Below the pieces are notes generated by a model that had not been told where the DNA came from, did not search any database, and worked only from the letters and a program-made list of their open reading frames with translations. The translations under genes were made by a program, and so were the position numbers. DNA of 64,000 bases from Eledone cirrhosa (lineage: Eukaryota), in contig OZ024740.1 of assembly GCA_964016885.1 (NCBI GenBank), forward strand, positions 104,160,001 through 104,224,000. Direction: 5' to 3'. This document shows positions 12,250 to 25,453 of the stretch, one piece after another. The stretch's first letter is position 1. Each line of letters opens with the position of its first letter.

Positions 12250-12700
12250 TCTATATATCTAAAACTGAGAATGTCTGTCTGACTCACTAAAACTCGAGAA
12301 CCACTCAACCGATTCTTTTCAAACTGGATACACGTAATACTTATCGTCGTATGAGTGTTTTGAGCAAAATATATTTCAAATTTTCAATGCCCTGGGGACC
12401 GCATTAGATAGCTATAACGTCGTGCTCTTATAATATATGTCTGGCTGCCTGCATTACGACATTATGACACTATCTGTGTGTGTGTGTGTATATGTATATA
12501 TAGTGCGTGTGTATATATATATATATATACACGCACACACATGCACTATATATACATATATACACACACGCACATATATATATATAGTGTGTAACGTTTT
12601 TCGAAATATTTACTTCTGCGTTCACAGATTGATTTTTTTAATTTCAGAAGATCCCGTTAAGGGTGAAAGCAGCGATTCTTTGCTTAAATTTAATCTGTTA

Positions 12701-12738
<38 letters not shown>

Positions 12739-13030
12739 TACATTTGTGTACAGATATTTTTGCATACACAATAACAAAATATAAACAAACGTATTTATTT
12801 CACGAGGCTCGACAGCAGCAAAAACAACAACAAAAAAGAGAGGGAACGCAATTACATGCTTTTGAAAAATCTTAATGGAAAATTATTTGCCTATTCCCCC
12901 AAGGCGACTTCACTTTTTATTAGGACTTCTGCAACAATTGGTGAACATACGACGAAACTGTTTCAGAAAGGAGGGATAAACATGCCAATCTATGTTTAGA
13001 ATCCCGAGCAACGCCGGGCCATTCTGCTAG
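12250..13030 (+). mobile_element. Non-autonomous Helitron
   Basis: 5' TC after A, and 3' hairpin cccgagcaacgccggg followed by CTAG before T. No TSD. It interrupts an RTE-tail repeat. Sister copy at 23654-24512. Confidence 0.85.
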
Positions 13031-13629
13031 TACAGAACTATTTTGGCTTGGTTTCTACAGCTGGATGCCCTTCCTAACGCTAACCACATTTACAATGAGT
13101 ACTGGGTGTTTTTTGTCATGACACCTGCATAACCACTTTACAGTGTGTGCTGGGTGCTTTTTGTCATGACGCCTACATGACCACATTACTGTGTGGGCTA
13201 GGGACTTTGGTGGGAGAGGCTTGAGGGGTGGAGTGTTATGACGAGGGAGATAAATGGAAGGGTGGGGGTTGAAGGTAGTGCACACTAGATGTATATACAT
13301 ATATATATATATACAATATATATATATATATATGTTGTGTGTATATATAATAGTTGCACTCCGTCGGTTAAGACGATGAGTGATTCAGTTGATAGGATCA
13401 GAACAGCTTGCTCATGAAAATAACGTTCAAGTGGCTGAGCATTTCATAGATATGCATACCCTTCATGTAATTCTCAGGGAGATTCGGTGTGACACAGAAT
13501 GTAACATGGTTGTTCTTCGAGTTACAGGTGCAACTAACATTTGCCAGCTGAGTAGACTAGAGCAAGGTGAAATAAAGTGTCTTGCTCAAAGACAGAATAC
13601 ACCACACAACTTCACACACACACATATAT

Positions 13630-13730
13630 ATTAATTTAAGGTATCACAACATATATACTATGTATGATGCTTGTGTTTCTCAGTAAAGCTCAATGAACAT
13701 TTGTTCAGATCATCAAAAATACAAATTAAG

Positions 13731-13794
<64 letters not shown>

Positions 13795-14074
13795 TTAAAG
13801 AGTTAAACAAGATTCAATGAGTACATCAAAGAATGAGTTTTACAGTAGATTGGAAGCACTCTACAAGAAAAAAAATTATTTTTCCAGAGTTATTAATATT
13901 AAAATACAAATATTAATAAAACAGATGTTCTTTTGATCAATTAAATTTTATTATACATATTTCGGAGGTACAACAGTACGTGCTCATCAGACAAAATATA
14001 ATGATACATGACATACGCTGAGATGTTAAATGGTTAAGATTTAATCAAAAGAACATCTATTATATTAATATTTG

Positions 14075-14155
<81 letters not shown>

Positions 14156-14232
14156 AGAAGGACTAAATTTATTCAAATGTTCATTGAGCTTTTCTACTGA
14201 GAAACACAAGCATCATACATAGTATATATGTA
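13630..14232. mobile_element. Nested fold-back mini-element in (TA)n with hammerhead
   Basis: Outer inverted repeat (catatatactatgtatgatgcttgtgtttctcagta...gctcaatgaacatttg, ~13650-13703 vs 14174-14230). Inner inverted repeat ~13901-13946 vs 14039-14080. Confidence 0.65.
13945..13997 (-). ncRNA. Type-I hammerhead ribozyme
   Basis: Reverse complement: attttgt CTGATGA gcacgtac-tgtt-gtacctcc GAAA t-atgt-a TA ataaaat. Stem I is attttgt/ataaaat, and stem II has two mismatches. Confidence 0.7.
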
Positions 14233-14235
14233 TAT

Positions 14236-14269
<34 letters not shown>

Positions 14270-14625
14270 GTATCGATTGAGAAACAGTATTTTGTACATA
14301 TATAAGGCTATAAGGCACATAATATTTAGGAAAAATACGTACTTCAAGGTGGAAAAAGTTCTTCTTTCCTTATGGTACCATTTCATGATTCTAAAACCAT
14401 AACAAAACTCGATCTAAGCAATAGATCATCGATCACCAACTGTCGCCCAGTCTTGTTTTTATCTGCTGCCACAGTTAAAATATTCTTAGTTGCCTATAGT
14501 ATTGGCATAACACGTGGATCCCGACAGACATAAAAGTATTTTGTACTCTTATACTCTATTAGAACTTTATTTAAAGACAAAATTCCCGTAGCTTTACCAG
14601 AACTCCCCCCCCTCTCTCTCTCTCC

Positions 14626-14695
<70 letters not shown>

Positions 14696-14700
<5 letters not shown>

Positions 14701-15224
14701 TTTCGTATCTCCAAAGAAATACGGTTTTAGGAAGCTGTAGCTATGCAAACACCGGGGGGGGGGGCTAACGCCCTCTGGTGATGTCTAGCAGAAGCAAGGG
14801 GGACAACCGTCTATGCATTTCAGGCTTAACTGGCCATCATCAGGACGGTCCCTCCCACCGCTTGCTACTGCTGGACTAGAAGACAGGCAAAATATGTAGT
14901 TTTCTCGTCTGTGTAAATGAGGTGCTTAATCTCATTTGCATATGAAGCTGCATAAGTTGGCTCAACTTATAATAAAAAAGAAATAGGATTTTGCTTCAAG
15001 CATAGCTTTATACAATATGTATAAATATTTCGTATCTCCGAAGAAATCCGGTTTTAGGAAGCCGTAGCTATGCAAACACCGGAGGGGGGGGGGGGGGGCT
15101 AACGCCCTCTGGTGATGTCAAGCAGAAGCAAGGAGGACAACCGTCTATGCTTTACCGTATTTCTTTGGAGATACGAAATATTTATACATATTGTATAAAG
15201 CTATGCTTGAAGCGAAATCCTATT

Positions 15225-15230
<6 letters not shown>
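14696..15230 (-). mobile_element. ~327-bp hammerhead mini-element: 1.4 tandem copies plus an inverted segment, in (TA)n
   Basis: aaatatttcgtatctcc.aagaaat starts at both 14696 and 15023. 15154-15230 is the reverse complement of the monomer junction. Confidence 0.8.
14806..14849 (-). ncRNA. Minimal type-I hammerhead ribozyme
   Basis: Reverse complement: accgtc CTGATGA t-ggc-cagttaa-gcc-t GAAA t-gc-a TA gacggt. Perfect 6-bp stem I and a palindromic stem III region. Confidence 0.85.
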
Positions 15231-15281
<51 letters not shown>

Positions 15282-15345
15282 TGTGAGTGTGTTCTGTTAT
15301 TAATTCTACCACTTTTATTATAACAATATGACCCTCCCCAAGTAT

Positions 15346-15389
<44 letters not shown>

Positions 15390-16307
15390 ATACTTTAGCA
15401 TAGTGTGAGTGGAGAATTTGGGCCCTCTCGTCTATAGTGTTTATCCAGAGTTCTGGGTCTAATACTGGTAGTCTATTGTTAGGATATTTGGAAGGGTAGT
15501 CACCAGTTACGGTTATACTCTGGTGTATGGAGTTAGCTATCTGCTGGATGCTTTCCATCGTGCTATCTTCTAAATCAAAGGTTCTCGACCCATTTCGGCC
15601 AAATTTCCCCTTTTGCCCCTCGAAATCATGAAACGCCCTCCTACCCTATTTTTCCATTTTTCAATATACTACTGATTTTAATATCAGTAGATTACTGGGC
15701 CAAATCAAGTTATTTATAGAATCTTTAAAAAGATATTTAAAAAATACTCGTACGTATTAAATACAAAAAAGTTTCAGTCCAAAACAAAAGCAAGCTATTT
15801 CAAATTATATATTTAAAAAAAAAAGACGTGAATGTTCTCAAAGATTTGATCTTAATCGAAAAAGTTTTTTTTTTTTAAATTCTATATTTCACTGTTAGCT
15901 GTTGTAATATTTTGAGTGGATAGACAATTCTACAATTCAAACTGTAAAGTCAAAATGCAAAAGATGCAAAATATGAAGAAATTCTTACCTTTCTCTTGAA
16001 TGACAAACTCAAGGGAAAAATAGTACCTTGCAAAATAAAGTGCCTCGATCACAAACTTAGTTGCAACGAATGAATTGAGATGCTTGGTGACAGTGAACAA
16101 ACAATATCTGTATACCTTATATATATATACATAGATAGATACACACACATACACGCGCGCACGCACACTAACACACATTATGTTTATATAGTTTATTGTT
16201 ATTTATCATTGTTAAAGATTTTATGTAAAACTCCCACCGTCACGTCTTGTAATGTCCCACTTTTGTACGCCCCTGTGGCAAATAAAGAAAGATGTCTATC
16301 TCTCCAA

Positions 16308-16714
16308 CAGGGGGCTCAAACATGCGGCCCGCGAACTACTTTTCTAGGGCCCATGGTAGAACCAATATTTCAGATTCCATTATAACTGGTGAAAATAAGG
16401 CGGTGAGCTGATGGAATCGTTAGCACATTTGGCGAAATGCTTAGCGGTACTTCTTCCGTTTTTACGTTCTGAGATCAAATTCCGCCGATCTCAATTTTTC
16501 CTTTCATCCTTTTGGGGTCGATAAATTAAGTACCAGTTGTGAACTAGGATCGATGTAATCGACGGGACCCTAAACCCTAAATTTCATGCCTTGTGCATAT
16601 AGAAGAAATGATTATAACTGGTGAAAATCATCATCCACCACCACACGTTTGGCCCACTGAGCCTCTCATCCAGGACGTAATGGCCCTTTTATGTCCTTCA
16701 GTTTGAGACCCCTC
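16308..16714. mobile_element. hAT-like MITE remnant interrupted by a SINE
   Basis: Terminal inverted repeats cagggggctcaaac / gtttgagacccct. Confidence 0.55.
16397..16610 (+). mobile_element. tRNA-derived SINE with 18-bp target-site duplication
   Basis: TSD attataactggtgaaaat at 16379-16396 and 16611-16628. Head ggcggtgagctg..gaatcgttag; body cctttcatccttttggggtcgataaattaagtaccagt. Confidence 0.85.
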
Positions 16715-16718
16715 TTCT

Positions 16719-16767
<49 letters not shown>

Positions 16768-17250
16768 CACTTTACTTTTTTTCTGTCTCTGGACTACGCC
16801 CGTGCTGGAGCATCACCTTGGTAAGTTATGGGGACGTCAACAAACCAACAAGCATTGGTGGGAGGGCAAACACAAAGACACACACAGACATATATACATA
16901 TATATGACGCGCTTCTTTTAGTTTCGGTCTATCAAATCCACTCACAGGGCTTGGTCGACCCGGGCAGTGGGACTGAACCCGGAAACATGTTGTTGGGAAG
17001 CAAGCTTCTTGTCACACTGCGCATATATATATATATGTGTGTGTTATCAAGTTAACAATGAAAATAAAAAGAACAAATTCAAGTTACTTTATAACTTTGT
17101 TTTTATTTTGTTGTTTTTATTTTTATTGTTAATTTAATACCTAATATCTGACTCTGTATCTAAAAAATTAATTCAGCGAAACAGAACTTCTCTATGGATT
17201 TTGCAAGATTACATTGAGTTCTATCCAGAGGTAGACCAGACTAAAAAAAG

Positions 17251-17281
<31 letters not shown>

Positions 17282-17313
17282 TGTGTGTGTGTCTGTGTGT
17301 GAGTGTGTGTGTG

Positions 17314-18304
<991 letters not shown>

Positions 18305-18389
18305 CCCCGACGGCAGAGCTCAAGCCGTTTCGATGGCTATTTCTGGTCCAGAAATAGCCGTCGAAACGGCTTGAGCTCTGCCGTCGGGG
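18305..18389. repeat. 85-bp near-perfect palindrome built from a hammerhead 3' half
   Basis: ccccgacggcagagctcaagccgtttcga(t)ggctatttctgg-t-ccagaaatagcc(g)tcgaaacggcttgagctctgccgtcgggg. It contains C-GAAA-cggc..gccg-TC-gggg. Confidence 0.8.
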
Positions 18390-18492
18390 TTAAACATTTT
18401 CCTATTACCCACTCTACTACCCTAAGTATTAAGTACTCTGGTGCGTTATGGGCCACCTGGTTCCTTACCGCACTTCCTTCGTTATATATATA

Positions 18493-18586
<94 letters not shown>

Positions 18587-18653
18587 CAAATAACGAAACG
18601 AAATTAAATTTCGTTTCGTTTGTAACTCACTTTTGTATGACTGACGCTTAAAC

Positions 18654-19142
18654 AATTAAGTTAAAAATGTACATCCACATATGTATACTGAAATACTAGT
18701 ATGCATATGATTACACACACGTATACATATGTAGATGTACCGAGTTTTTCACTGGTCACTTTACTGTGAGTGTCCAGCTATTCTGTATGTAAACACACAG
18801 ACAAACCGGTTTTTAGAGTCATACTGGTTTTTGAGGAAACACCTTTCCTCTATTCTCCAGAAAGCCAGTGGGGAATACTTCGCCACTTTCTCCTCGGCCG
18901 CCCTCTCAAGGGCCGAACCCTGCTCGAGCCGAACTGGGTTTCTGGAGAATAGAGGAAAGGTGTTTCCTCAAAAACCAGTATGACTCTAAAAACCGGTTTG
19001 TCTGTGTGTTTACATACAGAATAGCTGGACACTCACAGTAAAGTGACCAGTGAAAAACTCGGTACATCTACATATGTATACGTGTGTGTAATCATATGCA
19101 TACTAGTATTTCAGTATACATATGTGGATGTACATTTTTAAC

Positions 19143-19148
<6 letters not shown>
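18654..19148. repeat. Large inverted repeat (210-bp arms, ~75-bp GC-rich spacer) between (TA)n tracts
   Basis: 18654-18863 is the reverse complement of 18939-19148. Mirrored ORFs 18770+ and 19032- start with the same peptide. Confidence 0.95.
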
Positions 19149-19188
<40 letters not shown>

Positions 19189-20046
19189 CTACATACATAC
19201 ATACATTTACCTATGTATATAGCTATGCATTTATACATTTGTAGATATACATGCATTTATATTTAAGTGTGTAGGGATGTTTACATTATTTATGTTTTTT
19301 TTTTGGTAAGGAGAAAATTTTGACTCCAGATTTTATTACCTAGTGAGATTAAATACCACAGCTCTGGCTGAAAGCTGACCAGGTTCTCAACCTCATCAAA
19401 CACCAACGTCGGCCTGTGTGTGTATGTATGTATGTATGTATGTATGTATGTATGTATGTATGTATGTATGTATGTATGTATGTATGTATGTATGTATGTA
19501 TGTATGCATGTGTGTGTATGATTGTATGTATGTATATGTATACACCCACACCTTTCATCACCATTGCTTCTTTTTCTTGTCATTTCTGTTGCTCTTGTAA
19601 CTGTTGTCAAAGTTGAAGTTGTCCTTATTTTTATTTTCTTTGATTTCTTTCATTTTTCTTTTATCTCCCTAGGGAATTCGTTGACAAGCTTCTTTTATTT
19701 ATTTTCTTCGTTTTCTTCATTCAAATGCATTCACACTGGTTGTCTTAGAGACGTACAAATGTGGCTTATAAAAGTTGCCTAAGTAAATAGCCTTCCAGTG
19801 CCCCCCTAGCGCCTTACAAAGCTTCAAACGCTTGTTGCATGTGCGATCATTTTTCTTACCTCATCATTGTTTTTGGGTGTCCGCATGGCGTTGGTACATC
19901 CATTCCATCTTCCCATGGGAATCTTTTTAGCCATTGAGGTTATGATACGGGGTCTACCTCTTATGGGTCTACTGGGGCAGAAACAGCTAAGGTCATGGTT
20001 ATTTAGAGAATTACAGTACAATACAATACAATAGGAGGAAACATAA

Positions 20047-20092
20047 TAGTACCACTGATGATGTTTCAGATGTGCAACGAAAGAACTTTGAT

Positions 20093-20098
<6 letters not shown>
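20047..20098 (+). ncRNA. Decayed hammerhead motif abutting (TA)n
   Basis: tagtacca CTGATGA tgtt..aac GAAA g-aa-c TT tgatagacta. Stem I is imperfect. Confidence 0.45.
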
Positions 20099-20149
<51 letters not shown>

Positions 20150-20273
20150 CAATTTAATCTAAATCAAAATTATGGGTGTCATGCCAGAAAGACATGCGCC
20201 ATATCACCCGGAAAATAAGCTCCAAGATTCTAACGAGTAGGTCCGATCATTTTATAATAACTAGAAATTGATT

Positions 20274-20630
20274 AACATATATATAAACATGAATAATCAC
20301 AGGAGATAATTTTTACAAGTGTGTAACCACACATAGCTAGGTAGGTAACTAAATAAAGTTGACTAGAACTTCAAAAATAGATACCTTATAATATGATTAA
20401 TCTTCCCTGTATATATTCCATTAAAGAAATATATTTCACCAATTAATCAGATGGTAAACCACGGAAGTGGAGATTTTTGATTTTCAACAAGGAAGAAAAT
20501 TTCCAGCCATCCGCGCTTACACTTCAAGTTCAAATCTGCAACTGGCTATTGTGTGGTTACACACTTGTAAAAATTATCTCCTGTGATTATTCATGTTTAT
20601 ATATATGTTAATCAATTTCTAGTTATTATA
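20274..20630. repeat. Inverted repeat (~80-bp arm) in a TA-flanked element
   Basis: tataataactagaaattgattaac...gtgtaaccacac versus gtgtggttacac...ttctagttattata. Confidence 0.85.
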
Positions 20631-20955
20631 TTTATATCTGTATTTTAACCGTTGGTCAATCAATGATAAACATTAATTGCCAAATAAATTAACTATGGAG
20701 ATATAAAAAAGATACAGAAGCGAAAACCAACCAAACAGTGAGTGTGTTCTGTTATTATTTCTGGCAATATTACAACAATATGACCCTTCCCAAGTATAAC
20801 AATATTTGTTTCGACACACGATTTCATATAAAAAACCTTGCAAAACAAATATATATATATATATGTATGTAAAAGGTAAACAGAAATAACAACACAATCG
20901 GTACAGTATATGGAAGGTATATATTAGGTTAACGCTTGATATAGCAGGAAGAGGG

Positions 20956-20991
20956 TCTTAACGTTTCGGACGCTAGTCTTTCATCAGAAGA
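20956..20991 (-). ncRNA. Minimal hammerhead motif (Penelope pLTR-like repeat)
   Basis: Reverse complement: tctt CTGATGA aagac-tagc-gtcc GAAA cg TT aaga. The same family occurs on + at 38886-38920. Confidence 0.65.
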
Positions 20992-21224
20992 AAGAATGAG
21001 AAATAAAATAGATTAAGGGGACGGGCGGGATGGAATTGGAAAAAATGTCTTTAGATAAAAATAATAGGTCCATTCATGTTCATATCTCTTACAAAACTGT
21101 TGGTGTTGGCGTTTTGTGTATGATTTGTTTTTTAGAAAAGTGGATGATGGTGGACATCTATCTGAAATGGAAAAAAAAAAACGTTTTGCAAAAAGAGCTA
21201 TACTTGAGCACGTGCGTAAGCATG

Positions 21225-21260
<36 letters not shown>

Positions 21261-21328
21261 TGTGTGTTATTATAGGTCCGTACGAAGCTAAGAAGAAATG
21301 TGTGTGTATATGTGAGTAAAAGAGTGTG

Positions 21329-21837
21329 TATAAATGGCAATTTCTGTTTGTTTGTTTGTTTGTGAACCTAAAACTCAAAAACTACCAAACCGATCTTGAT
21401 GAAACTTGACACGTGTGTGGGGCTCATACCCATTTGAATTTTTACGTATATTTCATTTTAATCAAAGGGTTTCTCCGGAGGTTCAAACCCCCGCTTAATT
21501 TTTTCCCTTCGATTTATATGAAATTTAAGCCATAGGTAAATGACAATATATGATGCCTATTCACAAAATATCAGCAAATTTCAATAATATTAAGACACCC
21601 TAATGGGTGTTCTATTTTTTTCCTTATAGCAACACTCAACTTCTCTGACAAACATTTTTTTGCCTGACCAATGCAATCAACAATATTTGTTTGTATTATT
21701 GTTTCGTAAATGAATTTGTCTTCGCTTTTGATTATCTGTCCTATATTTTGATTTCATTTTTGGTCTGAGAGGCATTAGGCATTTTAATAGGAACTAGGAA
21801 TACCCCGCTCCCGGGTATTACCGGGTACCTCAGCTAG
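21329..21837 (+). mobile_element. Non-autonomous Helitron (5' end eroded)
   Basis: 3' hairpin cccgg-gtatta-ccggg then CTAG|T. The 5' region aaccgatcttgatgaaact resembles the other Helitrons. Confidence 0.65.
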
Positions 21838-21959
21838 TATATATATATATATATATATGTGTGTGTATACAAAATATATATACACAATATTTATCGTTGT
21901 TGTGGTACCTTCGGTCGTTTTTCTTGATGTCGGACTTTTTAACTGTTGTGTTTACTCTG

Positions 21960-23550
21960 GATGATAATATATTAACTGTTGTATAAAAAGAAATATAATA
22001 ATACAATGCTTACAGAACGAAAGTACAAACATATATAATATAAATGAAAGGGAAAGGGAAACGCAAAACAGAAAAAAAAAGGAAAAGAAGAAAAAAACAC
22101 ACAGAGAAGTGGTTAGCACACATATCTGGGACCATATACAACAAAGGGTAGGCAAAAGTGGTGGGCAACCGAGCTGCTACCAGAGTAAAAGATAACAGTA
22201 TCGCGAGGAGCAATGGGAAACCTCTCTAATGATTTTTGAGGCAAGTCAGCATGCTCGCAGCGTTACCTCGGGTGATGGCGAGGCTGATGCGCTGGGACAA
22301 CCAAGCGCCCTCACGAGATTTACCAGATATCTCTGTTAGGCGAGCCGCCAGTGAAGATAGGAATCTCGCAGTCAGTGGCCCGACTCCCCCAAACGTCTCG
22401 AACGCCACAGGTTGGAAAATGTAGTTGGCTGACAGATCACGGTATTTTAGGATTTTGTTCCGCTCGGCTGTGGAAGCTGTGGATCTCACCCTAACCACAA
22501 CATCCAGGATGTGAGAAGAAGCAAAAGAGTCACTAACTGTGATGTCCCAGATGAGGCACCTGCCTCTCGACCAGTGGCACAGGGTAAGGCCGTCAGGTAT
22601 TTTCCCATCAATTCTGGACAACCCAGATGGTTCCAATATTGAGGGGATGTTTGCCCGGGCCAAAGCTCTCTTGAGAATAAGGTTTCGCTCCGTGTGACGC
22701 ATGAAGCGACTGGCATTCAGGCGGCAAGAAATACCGTGGAGGCCTGTGGAGTCGAGAAGTTTGCTACATCGGCATCTCAGACCTGTACAGATGTCAGCTC
22801 TCACTCTGAGGGCAATGGAGACACGAAGTTCGCCCAAGCTGAGTAGGCCACCAACTTTATCCACGGCATCAACCCAGTTACCTGAGTATATGGCGCTGGC
22901 AGACAGTAAACGGCACCTTGAAAACTGATCCGACTGGTCGAAGAGGGAGTCGAAGGAGGCCTTCGAACTTCTGCTGTCCCAAGCTCTCTGACTTCCATTG
23001 TCCTCCACCGTCTCAGGAACAGACAAGCTTATTCCATTGTTGGAGAGCTTAATCCAACTCCCTGTTGGAACTAGTTCATGTAGAAGATGTTGCTCACAAG
23101 GGTGGAGCAAGTGTAGGTGGAGGAAAGGAAGCAAGGGAGAGAGAGGGGCGAACATTTACGTAGACCAAGACCCCCAAATCGCTTGGGCAACGCAGCCTGA
23201 TCGTGGGACTCTGGAGAGAGTCTGACATTGACCAAGCACTCGAGTCTCTCGAAGATTAGGTCGTCGAAGCGTTGGAGGCAGAACGTAAATCTTCGAGAAG
23301 GGCTGATCCTGAGCATATATAGAAGTTTAGGAATCGGAAGGTAGTTTCTAGGTATAAAAAAACCTTGATGGGGTTCGATTGCTTCAATATTTTTCAGCAA
23401 CTGCTCAAGACCAACCATCTTCGATTAGAAGATTGACTTGAAGGTAAGGTCAGTAATTGGAGCTCTTAAGGAGCACCAAACCTACCGGAGAGGGACCGCA
23501 ATGGAAGGGAAGGACTCTATAAACAGGTCAATTGTCTGTTGATGTTAAGA
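21960..23550 (-). pseudogene. 5'-truncated CRE-like non-LTR retrotransposon (RT C-terminus, CCHC finger, restriction-like endonuclease)
   Basis: QAALPKRFGGLGLR, CRC..LDSTGLHGISC, RH, PDGLTL..W..G..LIWDITV, FQPVAFETFG (ORF 22226-23155). Frameshifted relative to 23071-23418. Confidence 0.8.
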
Positions 23551-23653
23551 AGCCGGGGTGGTCCCAGATGAGTGTGCTGTATTTTTTCTTTTTTACTTTT
23601 ATCTCTCTTTTCCTTTCCTTTTTTATTTCCCTTTCCCTTTCCCTTATATTATA

Positions 23654-24086
23654 CTAGCAGAATGGCCCGGCGTTGCTCGGGATTCTAAACATAGATTGGC
23701 ATGTTTATCCCTCCTTTCTGAAACAGTACAGAGAAGTATGGAATGCCTCGGCCTGGGGATGGTGTTTACATTTTGTGCTTATAAAAAAAATTCGTCGTAG
23801 ATTACCAGGGGTTTAACTTAATACCTAAAAAAATGATTGTAGCACCTCCTTGTACATAATGTTCCTTGTTCTTCCGTGTCGGGCATATGCAAAGAGATTT
23901 GTCTTTCTTCCCACTCTTGAGCAGCCAACGTAGTTGCCTGCGTGAAAAACATGACTCTTCCAAAAGAAGACCAGCAACAGATTAAAGTTTAAGCGAAGAA
24001 TCGCTGCTTTCACCCTTAACGGGATCTTCTGAAACCCAAAAAATCAATCTGTGAACGCAGAAGTAAATATTTTGAAAAACGTTACA

Positions 24087-24126
<40 letters not shown>

Positions 24127-24143
24127 TATATATATATATACAC

Positions 24144-24230
<87 letters not shown>

Positions 24231-24512
24231 ATAATGTCATAATGTAATGCAGACAGCCAGACATACAGACAGATATTATAAGGGCGCGACGTTATAACTA
24301 TGTATCTATCTAAAACAACAGACTAAGAAAGACAGAGAGATCGCTAACCGGCGCCTAATGCTGTCCCCAGGGCATTGAAAATTTGAAATATGTTTTGCTC
24401 AAAACACTCACACGACCATAAGTATTACATGTGTATAGTTTGAAAAAAATCGGTTGGGTGGTTCTCGAGTTTTAGGGAGACAGACAGACATTCTCTGTTT
24501 TAGATATATAGA
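23654..24512 (-). mobile_element. Non-autonomous Helitron, same family as 12250-13030
   Basis: Reverse-complement termini TC...cccgagcaacgccgggccattctgCTAG at an A|T site. It splits a CRE 3'UTR copy. Confidence 0.85.
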
Positions 24513-25440
24513 TTTGTTTGTGCTTTCGTTCTGTAAGTATTGTAGTCTTATAGTTCTTTTTTATACAACAGTGAATACAATTTTCTTGTCTAAAATGTAT
24601 TAACTTCTCGCTCCATTGAGTGCTTCGTGATTGCCTCAAACAACTATAATAGTATAAATATATATATTGCCAAAGAAAGTGTCTGGAGGACTCTTCAGTT
24701 GTGTTAAAGCATGATACCCTCTCTAGTGCTGGTGCCACAATAAAATGCACCAATTACACATTATAGATTGTTGGGTGATATATAAACATCCTATGCAATG
24801 GTTGCTAACAAGGAAAATGGATGTTAAATGATGATGATGATGTGTATGGAGTTGTACATTTATCTGAGTGTGTATGTACAACTATATATTGGGCATGTAT
24901 ATGTGTAAAGAAGTCGTTAAGACCAGTTGGCAACAGTAAGCAGGATTGCTCAAGAAAGTATGTAGCTTTGATGCAGGTTTGTAGTAAGACGCCTCACGCC
25001 CTCTGGCGGATAATAGAACAACCCTAGTTGTCTCCCCCTGGTTGAGAACACCAGAGGTAAACACAGCCACGGGAAAAGCAGACGGAACACACGCCACAGA
25101 AAACAGCCTCTCTACCACGAAACGATAAACAGCCAAGGGAACAGCAAACAGCAAACCCCACAATACCTTCGTAATTGTAATACGCTCCTTTCACCACAAC
25201 TGACCGCGTCTATATTTGGTATGTTCCATTTGTAATATAATAAACACATATAAACAAAATAAACATCACCATTATTTACATTTGTTGAATATAACTCTCG
25301 TTGTGGTTATTGTCTTGTTTACGCACACACCCACTCACTTTGTTATAATTCTCACTTACAAAAATGGTAAATAGACGAGGGACCTTCCTTCACGTCTATG
25401 TCGATAAACAATCCAACTAGGATACTTCATTTTACCACAC

Positions 25441-25453
25441 TGGTGACCGACGT
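25441..25453 (+). promoter_or_regulatory. Primer-binding site, tRNA-Trp-like
   Basis: tggtgaccgacgt versus the complement of the metazoan tRNA-Trp 3' end TGGTGACCCCGACGT (2-nt deletion). Assignment is from memory of that tRNA. Confidence 0.65.

Noticed and set aside
18864-18938. HDV-like ribozyme in the palindrome spacer
   Set aside because: Hairpins are present, but I could not build the nested double pseudoknot.
20420-20455. Possible hammerhead on the minus strand (ctgatta...gaaa)
   Set aside because: The core is mutated, and neither stem I nor stem II can be formed.
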